Shown here piece by piece: positions 38,658-46,745 of a stretch of DNA of 64,000 nt (position 1 is the first letter of the stretch; every line of letters begins with the position of its first letter). Where the stretch lies: assembly GCA_946414315.1 (NCBI GenBank), contig CAMKNZ010000012.1, forward strand, positions 1,364 through 65,363. The letters run 5' to 3'. The translations under genes and the position numbers were made by a program. The notes below the pieces were generated by a model, which ran no database searches, had not been told where the DNA came from, and was given only the letters and a program-made list of their open reading frames with translations. Source of the DNA: an uncultured Clostridia bacterium. GTDB lineage: Bacteria > Bacillota > Clostridia > Christensenellales > Aristaeellaceae.

Positions 38658-38873
38658 TCGAACCTATGACACTCCGGGTGAGGAGGGAGTGATCCGAGAG
38701 GTGCCCCAGTGGGGCATTCGCCGCAGGCGAAAACGAGGTGAGCGAGTCAGCCGAAACAAGCAGTGCGACCGCTCCAAGGGAGCAATGCGCCGATTGAGGC
38801 TGCGTATAGGTTCGAGTCCTTTCCCGTATCCAGCCGGACGACTATTGCGAATTGCGAGGATAGGTTCGAGTCC
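38658..38873. repeat. tRNA-derived repeats (one inverted 22-bp copy, two direct 14-15-bp copies of the tRNA-Met T-arm)
   Basis: TCGAACCTATGACACTCCGGGT (38658-38679) is the reverse complement of tRNA 38572-38593; ATAGGTTCGAGTCC recurs at 38806 and 38860. Confidence 0.8.
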
Positions 38874-38891
38874 CGGTTCCCGTCTTTTTCA

Positions 38892-38920
38892 TTGACCAAT
38901 CCATTTCTTTCCTCTATAAT
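38892..38920 (+). promoter_or_regulatory. sigma70 promoter
   Basis: TTGACC-N17-TATAAT. Confidence 0.75.
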
Positions 38921-38956
38921 CAAATAGTTGACTACAATCGAAAAGGCGGGATCTAT

Positions 38957-39418
38957 ATGGATAAATGGGACCAGCGGTTTATGCAGATGGCATTTACGAT
39001 CGCGGACTGGTCCAGCTGTTTCCGGGCGGGGCGCAGCATCGGCTGCGTGATCGTCAAGGACAAGCGGATCATGACGACCGGATATAACGGCGCGCCGGCG
39101 GGCATCAAAACCTGCCGGGACAAGGGCGAATGCCTGCGGGACAAGCTGGGGATTGCCAGCGGCACCCGGATGGAGACCTGCTACGCGGTGCACGCGGAAC
39201 AGAACGCCATCGTCCAGGCGGCGAAGCTCGGCGTTTCCATCGACGGAGCGACGCTGTACTGCACGCACCAGCCCTGTTCCATGTGCTGCAAGATGATTAT
39301 CAACAGCGGCATCAAGCGGGTCATCTACAAGGAAGGTTATCCGGATCCCTTTACCCTTGAACTTTTCGCGGAAGCGGGAGTTCAGCTCGAAAGGTACGAA
39401 GATGAGATATCACATTGA
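38957..39418 (+). CDS. dCMP deaminase (ComEB family)
   Basis: TGYNGAPAG, VHAEQNA, PCSMC zinc motifs. Confidence 0.92.
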   Translation: MDKWDQRFMQMAFTIADWSSCFRAGRSIGCVIVKDKRIMTTGYNGAPAGIKTCRDKGECLRDKLGIASGTRMETCYAVHAEQNAIVQAAKLGVSIDGATLYCTHQPCSMCCKMIINSGIKRVIYKEGYPDPFTLELFAEAGVQLERYEDEISH

Positions 39419-40184
39419 TACGATTCCCGTATGGGACGCGATGAAGCTGGACGGGGAGTGCCTGATGTGTGCCCTGGAGCGGAAAACCGAGCTGGGAGAA
39501 GCGGAACGCTATCTCGGCGCCTCCGTGATGGAGCCGGACGTCCGGGTGAAGGTGAACGACCGGGGCTTCTGCCGGAAGCATCACGCGATGCTGTTTTCCA
39601 TGAGCAACCGGCTAGGCCATGCCCTGATGCTGGAAAGCCATATGATCGAGATCCGCCAGAAGATGGACCGGATCAACGACAAGCTGGAAAAGAGCGCGAA
39701 GCAGTTGGTCAACGCCGGGCTAGGCGACAAGCTGAACGGAAAGGCAAAAGCCGCCACCCAGGAGATCCTGAACCAGGCGCAGGCCGTGAACGAAATGGCG
39801 GACAGCTGCCTGATGTGCGAATCGATCGCGGAGAACATGGGGCGGTATCTGCACACGTTCTTCCACCTGTATCAGCATGACACGGATTTCCGCACGAAGT
39901 TCAAAAACTCCAAGGGGCTCTGCCTGCCACACCTGGGACAGATGCTGGAGGTGGCGGCGCAGGAACTGAATGCGAAGGACCTGGGCGAGTTTGTGCAGAC
40001 GGTGACGAAACTGAACAGGGAAAATTACGACCGGATCCAGGAGGATATTTCCTGGTTCATCAAAAAGTTCGACTACCGCTATGAGAACGAGAGCTGGAAG
40101 AACAGCAAGGACGCAGTGGAGCGTACGGTGAACAAGGCGCGCGGCTGGTGCGTCGGGAAGGAACCGATAGACACGGAGAGGTGA
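39402..40184 (+). CDS. DUF6062-like protein with two CxxC/CxxH zinc-binding repeats
   Basis: ECLMC...GFCRKH and SCLMC...GLCLPH; IKKFDYR C-terminal motif. Confidence 0.7.
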   Translation: MRYHIDTIPVWDAMKLDGECLMCALERKTELGEAERYLGASVMEPDVRVKVNDRGFCRKHHAMLFSMSNRLGHALMLESHMIEIRQKMDRINDKLEKSAKQLVNAGLGDKLNGKAKAATQEILNQAQAVNEMADSCLMCESIAENMGRYLHTFFHLYQHDTDFRTKFKNSKGLCLPHLGQMLEVAAQELNAKDLGEFVQTVTKLNRENYDRIQEDISWFIKKFDYRYENESWKNSKDAVERTVNKARGWCVGKEPIDTER

Positions 40185-40189
40185 GGAAC

Positions 40190-40564
40190 ATGATGACGAT
40201 ACGTCAGGTTATGGAGATCGTGGACGGAAAGGTGCTGATCGGGGAGGACCGGCTGGACGGGCGGGTGGATACCGCGTGCGGGTCGGACCTGATGAGCGAC
40301 GTGCTGGCCTTCGTGAAGGAAAAAACGGTGCTGATCACGGGTCTGATCAATCCGCATGTGCTCCGGACGGCGGAGATGCTGGACATTACCTGCATCGTCT
40401 TCTCCCGCGGAAAACTGCCGAGCGAGGAGATGCTGGAGATGGCGGACGAGATCGGCATTACGGTGATCTCCAGTCCGCTGACCACCTATACCGCGTGCGG
40501 GGAGCTGTACATCCACGGGCTGCCGGGCACGAAACGGAAGACAGGCGTTCAGGAGGGGGTGTAA
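40190..40564 (+). CDS. DRTGG domain protein
   Basis: ACGSDLMSDVL, VLITGL, IVFSRGK. Confidence 0.85.
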   Translation: MMTIRQVMEIVDGKVLIGEDRLDGRVDTACGSDLMSDVLAFVKEKTVLITGLINPHVLRTAEMLDITCIVFSRGKLPSEEMLEMADEIGITVISSPLTTYTACGELYIHGLPGTKRKTGVQEGV

Positions 40565-40566
40565 GC

Positions 40567-40992
40567 GTGGCGATCATCCTCGAAAAGAGTTTTCCGGTGG
40601 AAGCAGGCGCTTACACGACGGCCGGCGAGGCGTCCACGACGATCAAGCGGACGCTGAAACAGCTGGGTATCAGCGCGGAGGTGCTGCGGCATGTGTCCGT
40701 GGCCTGCTATGAGGTGGAGCTGAACCTGGTGATCCATTCGCTGGGCGGAACGCTGACGCTGCTGGTGGACCCGGAAAAGGTAACGCTGATCTCCAAGGAC
40801 GTGGGTCCCGGCATTCCGGATATCGAAAAGGCCATGACGGAAGGATTCTCCACTGCCAGCGCGGAAGCGCGGACACTGGGCTTCGGCGCCGGCATGGGTC
40901 TGCCGAACATGAAGCGGAACGCGACGGAGTTCGATATCCAAAGCGAAGTGGGCGTCGGAACGACGATTACAATGAGTTTTGCATTAACGTAA
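40567..40992 (+). CDS. Anti-sigma-type Ser/Thr kinase (RsbT-like HATPase)
   Basis: AGEAS, YEVELNLVIHS, DVGPGIPDIEKAMTEGFST, GFGAGMGLPNM; GTG start. Confidence 0.88.
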   Translation: MAIILEKSFPVEAGAYTTAGEASTTIKRTLKQLGISAEVLRHVSVACYEVELNLVIHSLGGTLTLLVDPEKVTLISKDVGPGIPDIEKAMTEGFSTASAEARTLGFGAGMGLPNMKRNATEFDIQSEVGVGTTITMSFALT

Positions 40993-41014
40993 TATACGAG
41001 TATATGGAGTAGCT

Positions 41015-42310
41015 ATGGAACAGAAGCGGTTTCATTCGGTGAGGCTGGAAGGCGATAAATGCAGGGGCTGCACGAACTGCCTGAAACGGTGTCCGACGGA
41101 GGCGATCCGCGTCCGCGGCGGCCGCGCGCACATCATTGATGAGCGCTGCATCGACTGCGGCGAATGCATCCGGGTATGCGGCTATCACGCCAAGGTGGCG
41201 GTGACGGATCCGCTGTCCTCAATCAGCAAGTTCAAGTATAAGATTGCGCTGCCGGCGCCGAGCCTGTACGGCCAGTTCAACAACCTGAAGAGCATCAGCC
41301 AGATCCTGAACGGCCTGAAGCAGATGGGCTTTGACGAGGCCTTTGAGGTTGCCCGCGGCGCGGACGTGGTGTCCCGGGCGATCCGGGAGCGGCTGAAGAA
41401 TCCGGACATTCCCCGTCCGGTGATCTCTTCCGCCTGCCCGGCAATCGTGCGGCTGATCCAGGTGCGCTTCCCGGACCTGCTGGATCACATTGTGGACGTC
41501 CGTCAGCCGATGGAGGTAGCCGCGATGATTGCGAAGCGGGAGTTTGCCCGCAGCCGCGGGGTGAAGGAAGCGGATATCGGCTGCTTCTTTATCACACCCT
41601 GTCCGGCCAAGGTGACGGCCATCCGCCGGCCCATCGGCCACGCGAAGAGTGCCGTGGACGGAGCGATCTCCGTGCTGGAGATTTACGGCCTGCTTTCCAG
41701 CCAGATCCGGAACGCGCCGGTGGACATCAGCCTGGAGACCGCTTCGGACCTGGGCGTGGGCTGGGCCCGCAGCGGCGGCGAATGTTACGCCGTGAACCCG
41801 GAGAACTCCATGGCGGTGGACGGCATCGAAAACTGCATCCATGTGCTGGAGGAAATTGAGGACAACCGGCTGAAGAATCTGGAGTTCTTCGAAGGCGCCG
41901 CCTGCACCGGAGGATGCGTCGGCGGGCCGCTGAACTTTGAAAACAACTATGTGGCGCGGTCGAACGTGCGCCGGCTGGCCACCCGGGATCCGAATCCGGA
42001 CCTGAACGTGGACAACGGCATGATGACCAAATATCCGCTGTATGACGACGTGCGGATCCTGCCCAACTCCGTGATGAAGCTGGATGACGACCTGATGGAA
42101 GCCATGCGGAAGATGGAGCGGATCGAGAAGATCTATAAGGAACTGCCGGGATTTGACTGCGGCAGTTGCGGCAGCCCGACATGCCGGACCTTCGCGGAGG
42201 ACGTGGTTCAGGGCGTGGCGACGAAGATGGACTGCATCCATATGATGAAAGAGCAATTAAGGGTCATGGCGCAGCAGATGGTTGACCTGGCCAAGACCAC
42301 AAGAGAATAA
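41015..42310 (+). CDS. Group D (putative sensory) [FeFe]-hydrogenase with N-terminal 2x[4Fe-4S] and C-terminal FeS domain
   Basis: CRGCTNCLKRCP, CIDCGECIRVC; variant H-cluster motifs ISSACP, ITPCPAK, EGAACTGGCVGG; C-terminal DCGSCGSPTC. Confidence 0.85.
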   Translation: MEQKRFHSVRLEGDKCRGCTNCLKRCPTEAIRVRGGRAHIIDERCIDCGECIRVCGYHAKVAVTDPLSSISKFKYKIALPAPSLYGQFNNLKSISQILNGLKQMGFDEAFEVARGADVVSRAIRERLKNPDIPRPVISSACPAIVRLIQVRFPDLLDHIVDVRQPMEVAAMIAKREFARSRGVKEADIGCFFITPCPAKVTAIRRPIGHAKSAVDGAISVLEIYGLLSSQIRNAPVDISLETASDLGVGWARSGGECYAVNPENSMAVDGIENCIHVLEEIEDNRLKNLEFFEGAACTGGCVGGPLNFENNYVARSNVRRLATRDPNPDLNVDNGMMTKYPLYDDVRILPNSVMKLDDDLMEAMRKMERIEKIYKELPGFDCGSCGSPTCRTFAEDVVQGVATKMDCIHMMKEQLRVMAQQMVDLAKTTRE

Positions 42311-42321
42311 GGAGCAAGACA

Positions 42322-42672
42322 ATGACAGTAAAAGAGCTTTGCGAACTGATCGAAGCGAAGGACATGACGCCGGAAACGGACAAGAGCGTGGAGGTGTCCT
42401 GCGGATACACCTGCGACCTGCTGAGCTGGGTGATGGCCCACGGCGCGGCGGGCATGGCCTGGGTGACCGTACAGACGCACATGAACGTGATCGCGGTGGC
42501 CAGCCTGATGGAAATGGCGGCGGTCATCATTCCCGAAGGCATCGAGATGGAAGGTCCCTCGCTGGAAAAAGCAAACGACGAGGGAATCTGCGTGCTGCAG
42601 ACGGGGCTGACTGCCTACGAGATCTGCGCGCGGCTGGCGGCAGCCGGGCTGCCCGGTAAGAGCAGGGACTGA
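42322..42672 (+). CDS. DRTGG domain protein
   Basis: GYTCDLLSWVMA, WVTVQTHMNVIAVA. Confidence 0.85.
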   Translation: MTVKELCELIEAKDMTPETDKSVEVSCGYTCDLLSWVMAHGAAGMAWVTVQTHMNVIAVASLMEMAAVIIPEGIEMEGPSLEKANDEGICVLQTGLTAYEICARLAAAGLPGKSRD

Positions 42673-42673
42673 C

Positions 42674-43366
42674 ATGTTTGTTGATCTTCATATCCATTCC
42701 TGCCTGAGTCCGTGCGCGGACGACGACATGACGCCGGCGAACATCTGCGGCATGGCCCACATCAAGGGGCTGGACGCAATTGCCGTGACGGACCACAACA
42801 CCGCGCGGAACCTGCCGTATGTGAAGGAAGCGGCGGACTATTACGGGCTGATCCTGCTGCCGGGAATGGAGATTACGACCAAAGAAGAAGTGCACCTGCT
42901 GGGTTATTTCCGGGATGTGGAAACGGCGGTGGAGGTCGGGGAAATCTTTTCCAGCCATCTGCCGCCGATGAAAAACAAGCCGGACTTCTTCGGCAACCAG
43001 TTCGTGATGAACACGGACGACGAGGTCATGGCCGTGGAGGAGCGGCTGCTGATCGGCGCGACGGACCTGGACCTGGCGGAATGCACGAAGATCATCCGGG
43101 AACACGGCGGCGCCGCGGTGCCGGCCCACATCAACCGGGGGCACGGACTGCTGGTGAACCTGGGCCTGTTTCCGGAGGAGCCGGACTTTCCGGTGGTGGA
43201 AGTGCGGCCGGAACTGCCGGTGAACGAAAAACTGATCACCGGAAAGAAACGGCTGTGGTCCTCGGACGCCCATCATCTGGGAGACATCCTGGAGGCGGTC
43301 AGCGAGCTGGAGCCGGACCGGTTCTCGCTGGGCGGGCTGTTTGAGTATATTGACATAAAAACTTAA
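42674..43366 (+). CDS. PHP domain phosphoesterase
   Basis: DLHIHSCLSPC, AVTDHN, PGMEITT, PAHINR, SSDAHH. Confidence 0.9.
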   Translation: MFVDLHIHSCLSPCADDDMTPANICGMAHIKGLDAIAVTDHNTARNLPYVKEAADYYGLILLPGMEITTKEEVHLLGYFRDVETAVEVGEIFSSHLPPMKNKPDFFGNQFVMNTDDEVMAVEERLLIGATDLDLAECTKIIREHGGAAVPAHINRGHGLLVNLGLFPEEPDFPVVEVRPELPVNEKLITGKKRLWSSDAHHLGDILEAVSELEPDRFSLGGLFEYIDIKT

Positions 43367-43512
43367 CATTTGGACGGCCAAAAGTATACAAAATCCGGCC
43401 GGAAATCCCTTTTCAATCAAGGACGGTTATGGTAAAATCAAAAAGATGGGTGTAATGGGCAGAGTCTGCCTTTACATAAGTCTCAAATAATCCCAAGGAG
43501 GTCAAGGACTGT

Positions 43513-43983
43513 ATGCCTGACAACAAGGAAAAGTACGCAAAGCTGCAGGAAGTGATCGAGAAGCACAAGGGTGAGCGCGGTGCCGTGATGCCCTGCCTGC
43601 AGGAAGCCATGAACATCTTCGGCTATGTGCCGCAGGACGTTCAGGAGATGATCGCGGATGGACTGGGCACCACCCTGTCTGAAGTCTACGGCGTTTCCAC
43701 CTTCTATTCCCAGTTCTCCCTGAAGCCCAAGGGAAAACACGTGATCGGTGTGTGCCTCGGTACGGCCTGCTACGTCAAGGGCAGCCAGAAGATCATCGAC
43801 AGGATTTCCGAAGAGCTGAAGATCCAGCCCGGAGATACCACGGACGACGGTCTGTTCACGCTGAACGCCACCCGCTGCCTGGGCGCCTGCGGCCTGGCCC
43901 CTGTTATGATGATCGGGGAAGAAGTGTTCGGCCGCCTGACGCCCGACCTGGTTCCCGGAATCCTGGACAAGTTCCGTGCGTGA
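43513..43983 (+). CDS. hndA: Bifurcating [FeFe]-hydrogenase NuoE-like subunit
   Basis: YGVSTFYSQF, VCLGTACYVKG, RCLGACGLAP. Confidence 0.88.
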   Translation: MPDNKEKYAKLQEVIEKHKGERGAVMPCLQEAMNIFGYVPQDVQEMIADGLGTTLSEVYGVSTFYSQFSLKPKGKHVIGVCLGTACYVKGSQKIIDRISEELKIQPGDTTDDGLFTLNATRCLGACGLAPVMMIGEEVFGRLTPDLVPGILDKFRA

Positions 43984-44533
43984 CCTGAGCCTTCACCTGC
44001 TGGACCTGGCGCAGAACAGCATCACTGCCGGAGCAAGCCTGGTCACCGTTCGCCTGACCCTCGGGGAAGACCGGATGCTGACCATGGAGCTCATTGACAA
44101 CGGCAAGGGCATGAGCCCGGAGCTGCTTGCGCGGGTAACCAGTCCCTTCGCCACCACCCGGACGACCCGGAAGGTGGGACTGGGGATCCCCATGATGAAG
44201 GAGAACGCCGAAAAAGCCGGCGGTACGTTCAGACTGGAGAGCGAAGAGGGGAAGGGAACGACCCTGACCTGCTCGATGGACACCGGCAACATCGACTGCC
44301 TCCCGCTGGGGGATCTCTCCGGCACGCTGCTGAGCCTGATGCTGACCAACCCGCTGTTCCCGGATTTCCTCTTCGAGGGCAAAAGCCCCAAGGGAGAGGG
44401 ATCCTTCGACACGAGGGAAGTGCGGCAGGCGCTGGGCAGCGACATCCCCTTTAACGAGCCTTCCGTGGCCGCGTGGCTGAAGGAAGCGCTGGACGAGGAA
44501 ATCAATTCAATCTTTGGAGGTATACTGTTATGA
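43976..44533 (+). CDS. Histidine kinase-like ATPase (HATPase_c only)
   Basis: SLHLLDLAQNS, DNGKGM, PFATTRTTRKVGLG. Confidence 0.85.
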   Translation: MRDLSLHLLDLAQNSITAGASLVTVRLTLGEDRMLTMELIDNGKGMSPELLARVTSPFATTRTTRKVGLGIPMMKENAEKAGGTFRLESEEGKGTTLTCSMDTGNIDCLPLGDLSGTLLSLMLTNPLFPDFLFEGKSPKGEGSFDTREVRQALGSDIPFNEPSVAAWLKEALDEEINSIFGGILL

Positions 44534-44898
44534 AATCTTTGGCAGATCTGGAAGCCATCCGCGCAAAGACGCTGGAAAACATCAACATGCGCAAGGATCA
44601 GGACGCTGCCCGCGTTGTGATCGGCATGGCCACCTGCGGCATCGCCGCCGGCGCCCGCCCCGTAATGCTTGCCTTCATGGAAGAACTCCAGAAGCGGAAT
44701 CTGCAGCATGTGACCGTCAGCCAGACCGGCTGCATCGGCATGTGCCGGTATGAGCCCATGCTGGACGTTATCCTGCCCGGCAAGGAAAAAGTAACCTACA
44801 TCCACGTGAAGCCTGAAATGGTGCCGCGGATCGTAGCTGAGCACATTGTTAACGGTCAGCCTGTGGAAGAGTACACCATCGGCGCCGCGAATGACTAA
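44530..44898 (+). CDS. hndB: Thioredoxin-like [2Fe-2S] ferredoxin subunit
   Basis: IGMATCGIAAGA, TGCIGMCRYEP. Confidence 0.85.
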   Translation: MKSLADLEAIRAKTLENINMRKDQDAARVVIGMATCGIAAGARPVMLAFMEELQKRNLQHVTVSQTGCIGMCRYEPMLDVILPGKEKVTYIHVKPEMVPRIVAEHIVNGQPVEEYTIGAAND

Positions 44899-44925
44899 TT
44901 AACGACAAAGAGGAGGAAAACCCAG

Positions 44926-46722
44926 ATGGAGCTTTATCGTTCTCATGTGCTGGTCTGCGGCGGCACCGGCTGTTCTTCTTCCGGTTCCGCGAAGCTGATT
45001 GAACGCTTCGAGGAGCAGCTGAAGGAAAAAGGCCTTGACAAGGAAGTCAAGGTAGTCCGTACGGGCTGCTTCGGTCTGTGCGAAGCGGGTCCCGTTGTCA
45101 TCGTTTATCCCGAAGGAACGTTCTACAGCCGCGTAAAGGCTGAAGACGTGGACGAGATCGTGTCCGAGCACCTGCTGAAGGGCCGCAAGGTTCAGCACCT
45201 GGTCTACGTGGATCACAAGACCCACGAGAGCAGCGTTCAGAAGAGCCTCAACGAGATCGGCTTCTACAAGCAGCAGGAGCGCGTCGCGCTGCGGAACTGC
45301 GGCGTGATCGATCCTGAGAACATTGACGAATACATCGCCTTTGACGGCTACAAGGCCCTGGCCAAGGCGCTGACCGAGATGACCCCCGAACAGGTCATCC
45401 AGGAAGTGCTGGATTCCGGCCTGCGCGGCCGCGGCGGCGCCGGTTTCCCGACCGGCAAGAAGTGGCAGTTCGCCCGCGCTTCCCAGGCGGAGCACAAGTA
45501 CTTCGTCTGCAACGCTGACGAAGGCGACCCCGGCGCGTTCATGGACCGCTCCCTGCTGGAAGGCGATCCCCACGCGATCCTGGAAGCCATGGCCATCGGC
45601 GGCTATGCCATCGGCGCTGATGAAGGCTGGATCTACGTCCGTGCCGAGTATCCCATCGCCGTGAAGCGGCTGGAGAAGGCCATCGAGCAGGCTCATGAAT
45701 ACGGCCTGCTGGGCAACAACATCTTCGGCACCGACTTCAACTTTGACATTCACATCCGCCTGGGCGCCGGCGCCTTCGTGTGCGGCGAGGAAACCGCCCT
45801 GATGGCCTCCATCGAAGGCAAGCGCGGCGAGCCCCGGCCGAAGCCCCCGTTCCCGGCGGTGAAGGGTCTGTTTGAGAGCCCCACCAACATCAACAACGTG
45901 GAAACCCTGGGCAACATCGCCCAGATCATCCTGAAGGGTGCGGACTGGTTCAAGTCCATCGGTATTCCCACCTCCACCGGCACCAAGGTCTTCGCCCTGG
46001 GCGGCAAGATCAACAACACCGGCCTGGTGGAAGTGCCCATGGGTATCCCGCTGCGCACGATCATCGAGGACATCGGCGGCGGCTGCCCGAACGGCAAGAA
46101 GTTCAAGGCCGTGCAGACCGGCGGTCCTTCCGGCGGATGTATCCCGGCGAGCCTGCTGGACATCTCCGTGGATTATGACAGCCTGACCAAGATCGGCGCC
46201 ATGATGGGTTCCGGCGGTATGATCGTCATGGACGAAGACAACTGCATGGTGGACATCGCCCGCTTCTTCCTCGACTTCACGGTCGACGAGAGCTGCGGCA
46301 AGTGCACCCCCTGCCGGATCGGTACCCGCCGCATGCTGGAGATCCTCGAACGGATCACCCAGGGCAAGGGCGAAGAAGGCGACATCGAGAAGCTGGAAAC
46401 CCTGGCTGAGAACATCAAGAGCAGCGCGCTGTGCGGTCTGGGCCAGACGGCCCCGAACCCCGTGCTGAGCACGATCAAGTATTTCCGCGATGAGTATGAA
46501 GCGCACATCAAGGAAAAACGCTGCCCGGCGCATCACTGCCAGGCCCTGCTGAACTACAAGATCACCGACGCCTGCCGCGGCTGCACCGCCTGCGCCCGCA
46601 AGTGCCCGGTGAACGCGATCAGCGGCAACGTCAAAGAACAGCACGTGATCGACCAGCAGAAGTGCATCAAGTGCGGAAGCTGTATCGCCACCTGTAAGTT
46701 CGGCGCTATCATCAAGGAATAA
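44926..46722 (+). CDS. hndC: Bifurcating [FeFe]-hydrogenase NuoF-like flavin/NAD subunit
   Basis: GLRGRGGAGFPTG, CNADEGDPGAFMDR, GAGAFVCGEETAL, ESCGKCTPCRIG, terminal 2x[4Fe-4S]. Confidence 0.93.
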   Translation: MELYRSHVLVCGGTGCSSSGSAKLIERFEEQLKEKGLDKEVKVVRTGCFGLCEAGPVVIVYPEGTFYSRVKAEDVDEIVSEHLLKGRKVQHLVYVDHKTHESSVQKSLNEIGFYKQQERVALRNCGVIDPENIDEYIAFDGYKALAKALTEMTPEQVIQEVLDSGLRGRGGAGFPTGKKWQFARASQAEHKYFVCNADEGDPGAFMDRSLLEGDPHAILEAMAIGGYAIGADEGWIYVRAEYPIAVKRLEKAIEQAHEYGLLGNNIFGTDFNFDIHIRLGAGAFVCGEETALMASIEGKRGEPRPKPPFPAVKGLFESPTNINNVETLGNIAQIILKGADWFKSIGIPTSTGTKVFALGGKINNTGLVEVPMGIPLRTIIEDIGGGCPNGKKFKAVQTGGPSGGCIPASLLDISVDYDSLTKIGAMMGSGGMIVMDEDNCMVDIARFFLDFTVDESCGKCTPCRIGTRRMLEILERITQGKGEEGDIEKLETLAENIKSSALCGLGQTAPNPVLSTIKYFRDEYEAHIKEKRCPAHHCQALLNYKITDACRGCTACARKCPVNAISGNVKEQHVIDQQKCIKCGSCIATCKFGAIIKE

Positions 46723-46745
46723 TCGTGCGAGGAGGAACAACACAA

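Noticed and set aside
38609-38956. Integrated prophage or genomic island at tRNA-Met
   Set aside because: No integrase or cargo; housekeeping genes follow within 350 bp.
43349-43370. Rex operator before hndA
   Set aside because: Only a partial half-site (TTAACAT); the palindrome is too weak to call.
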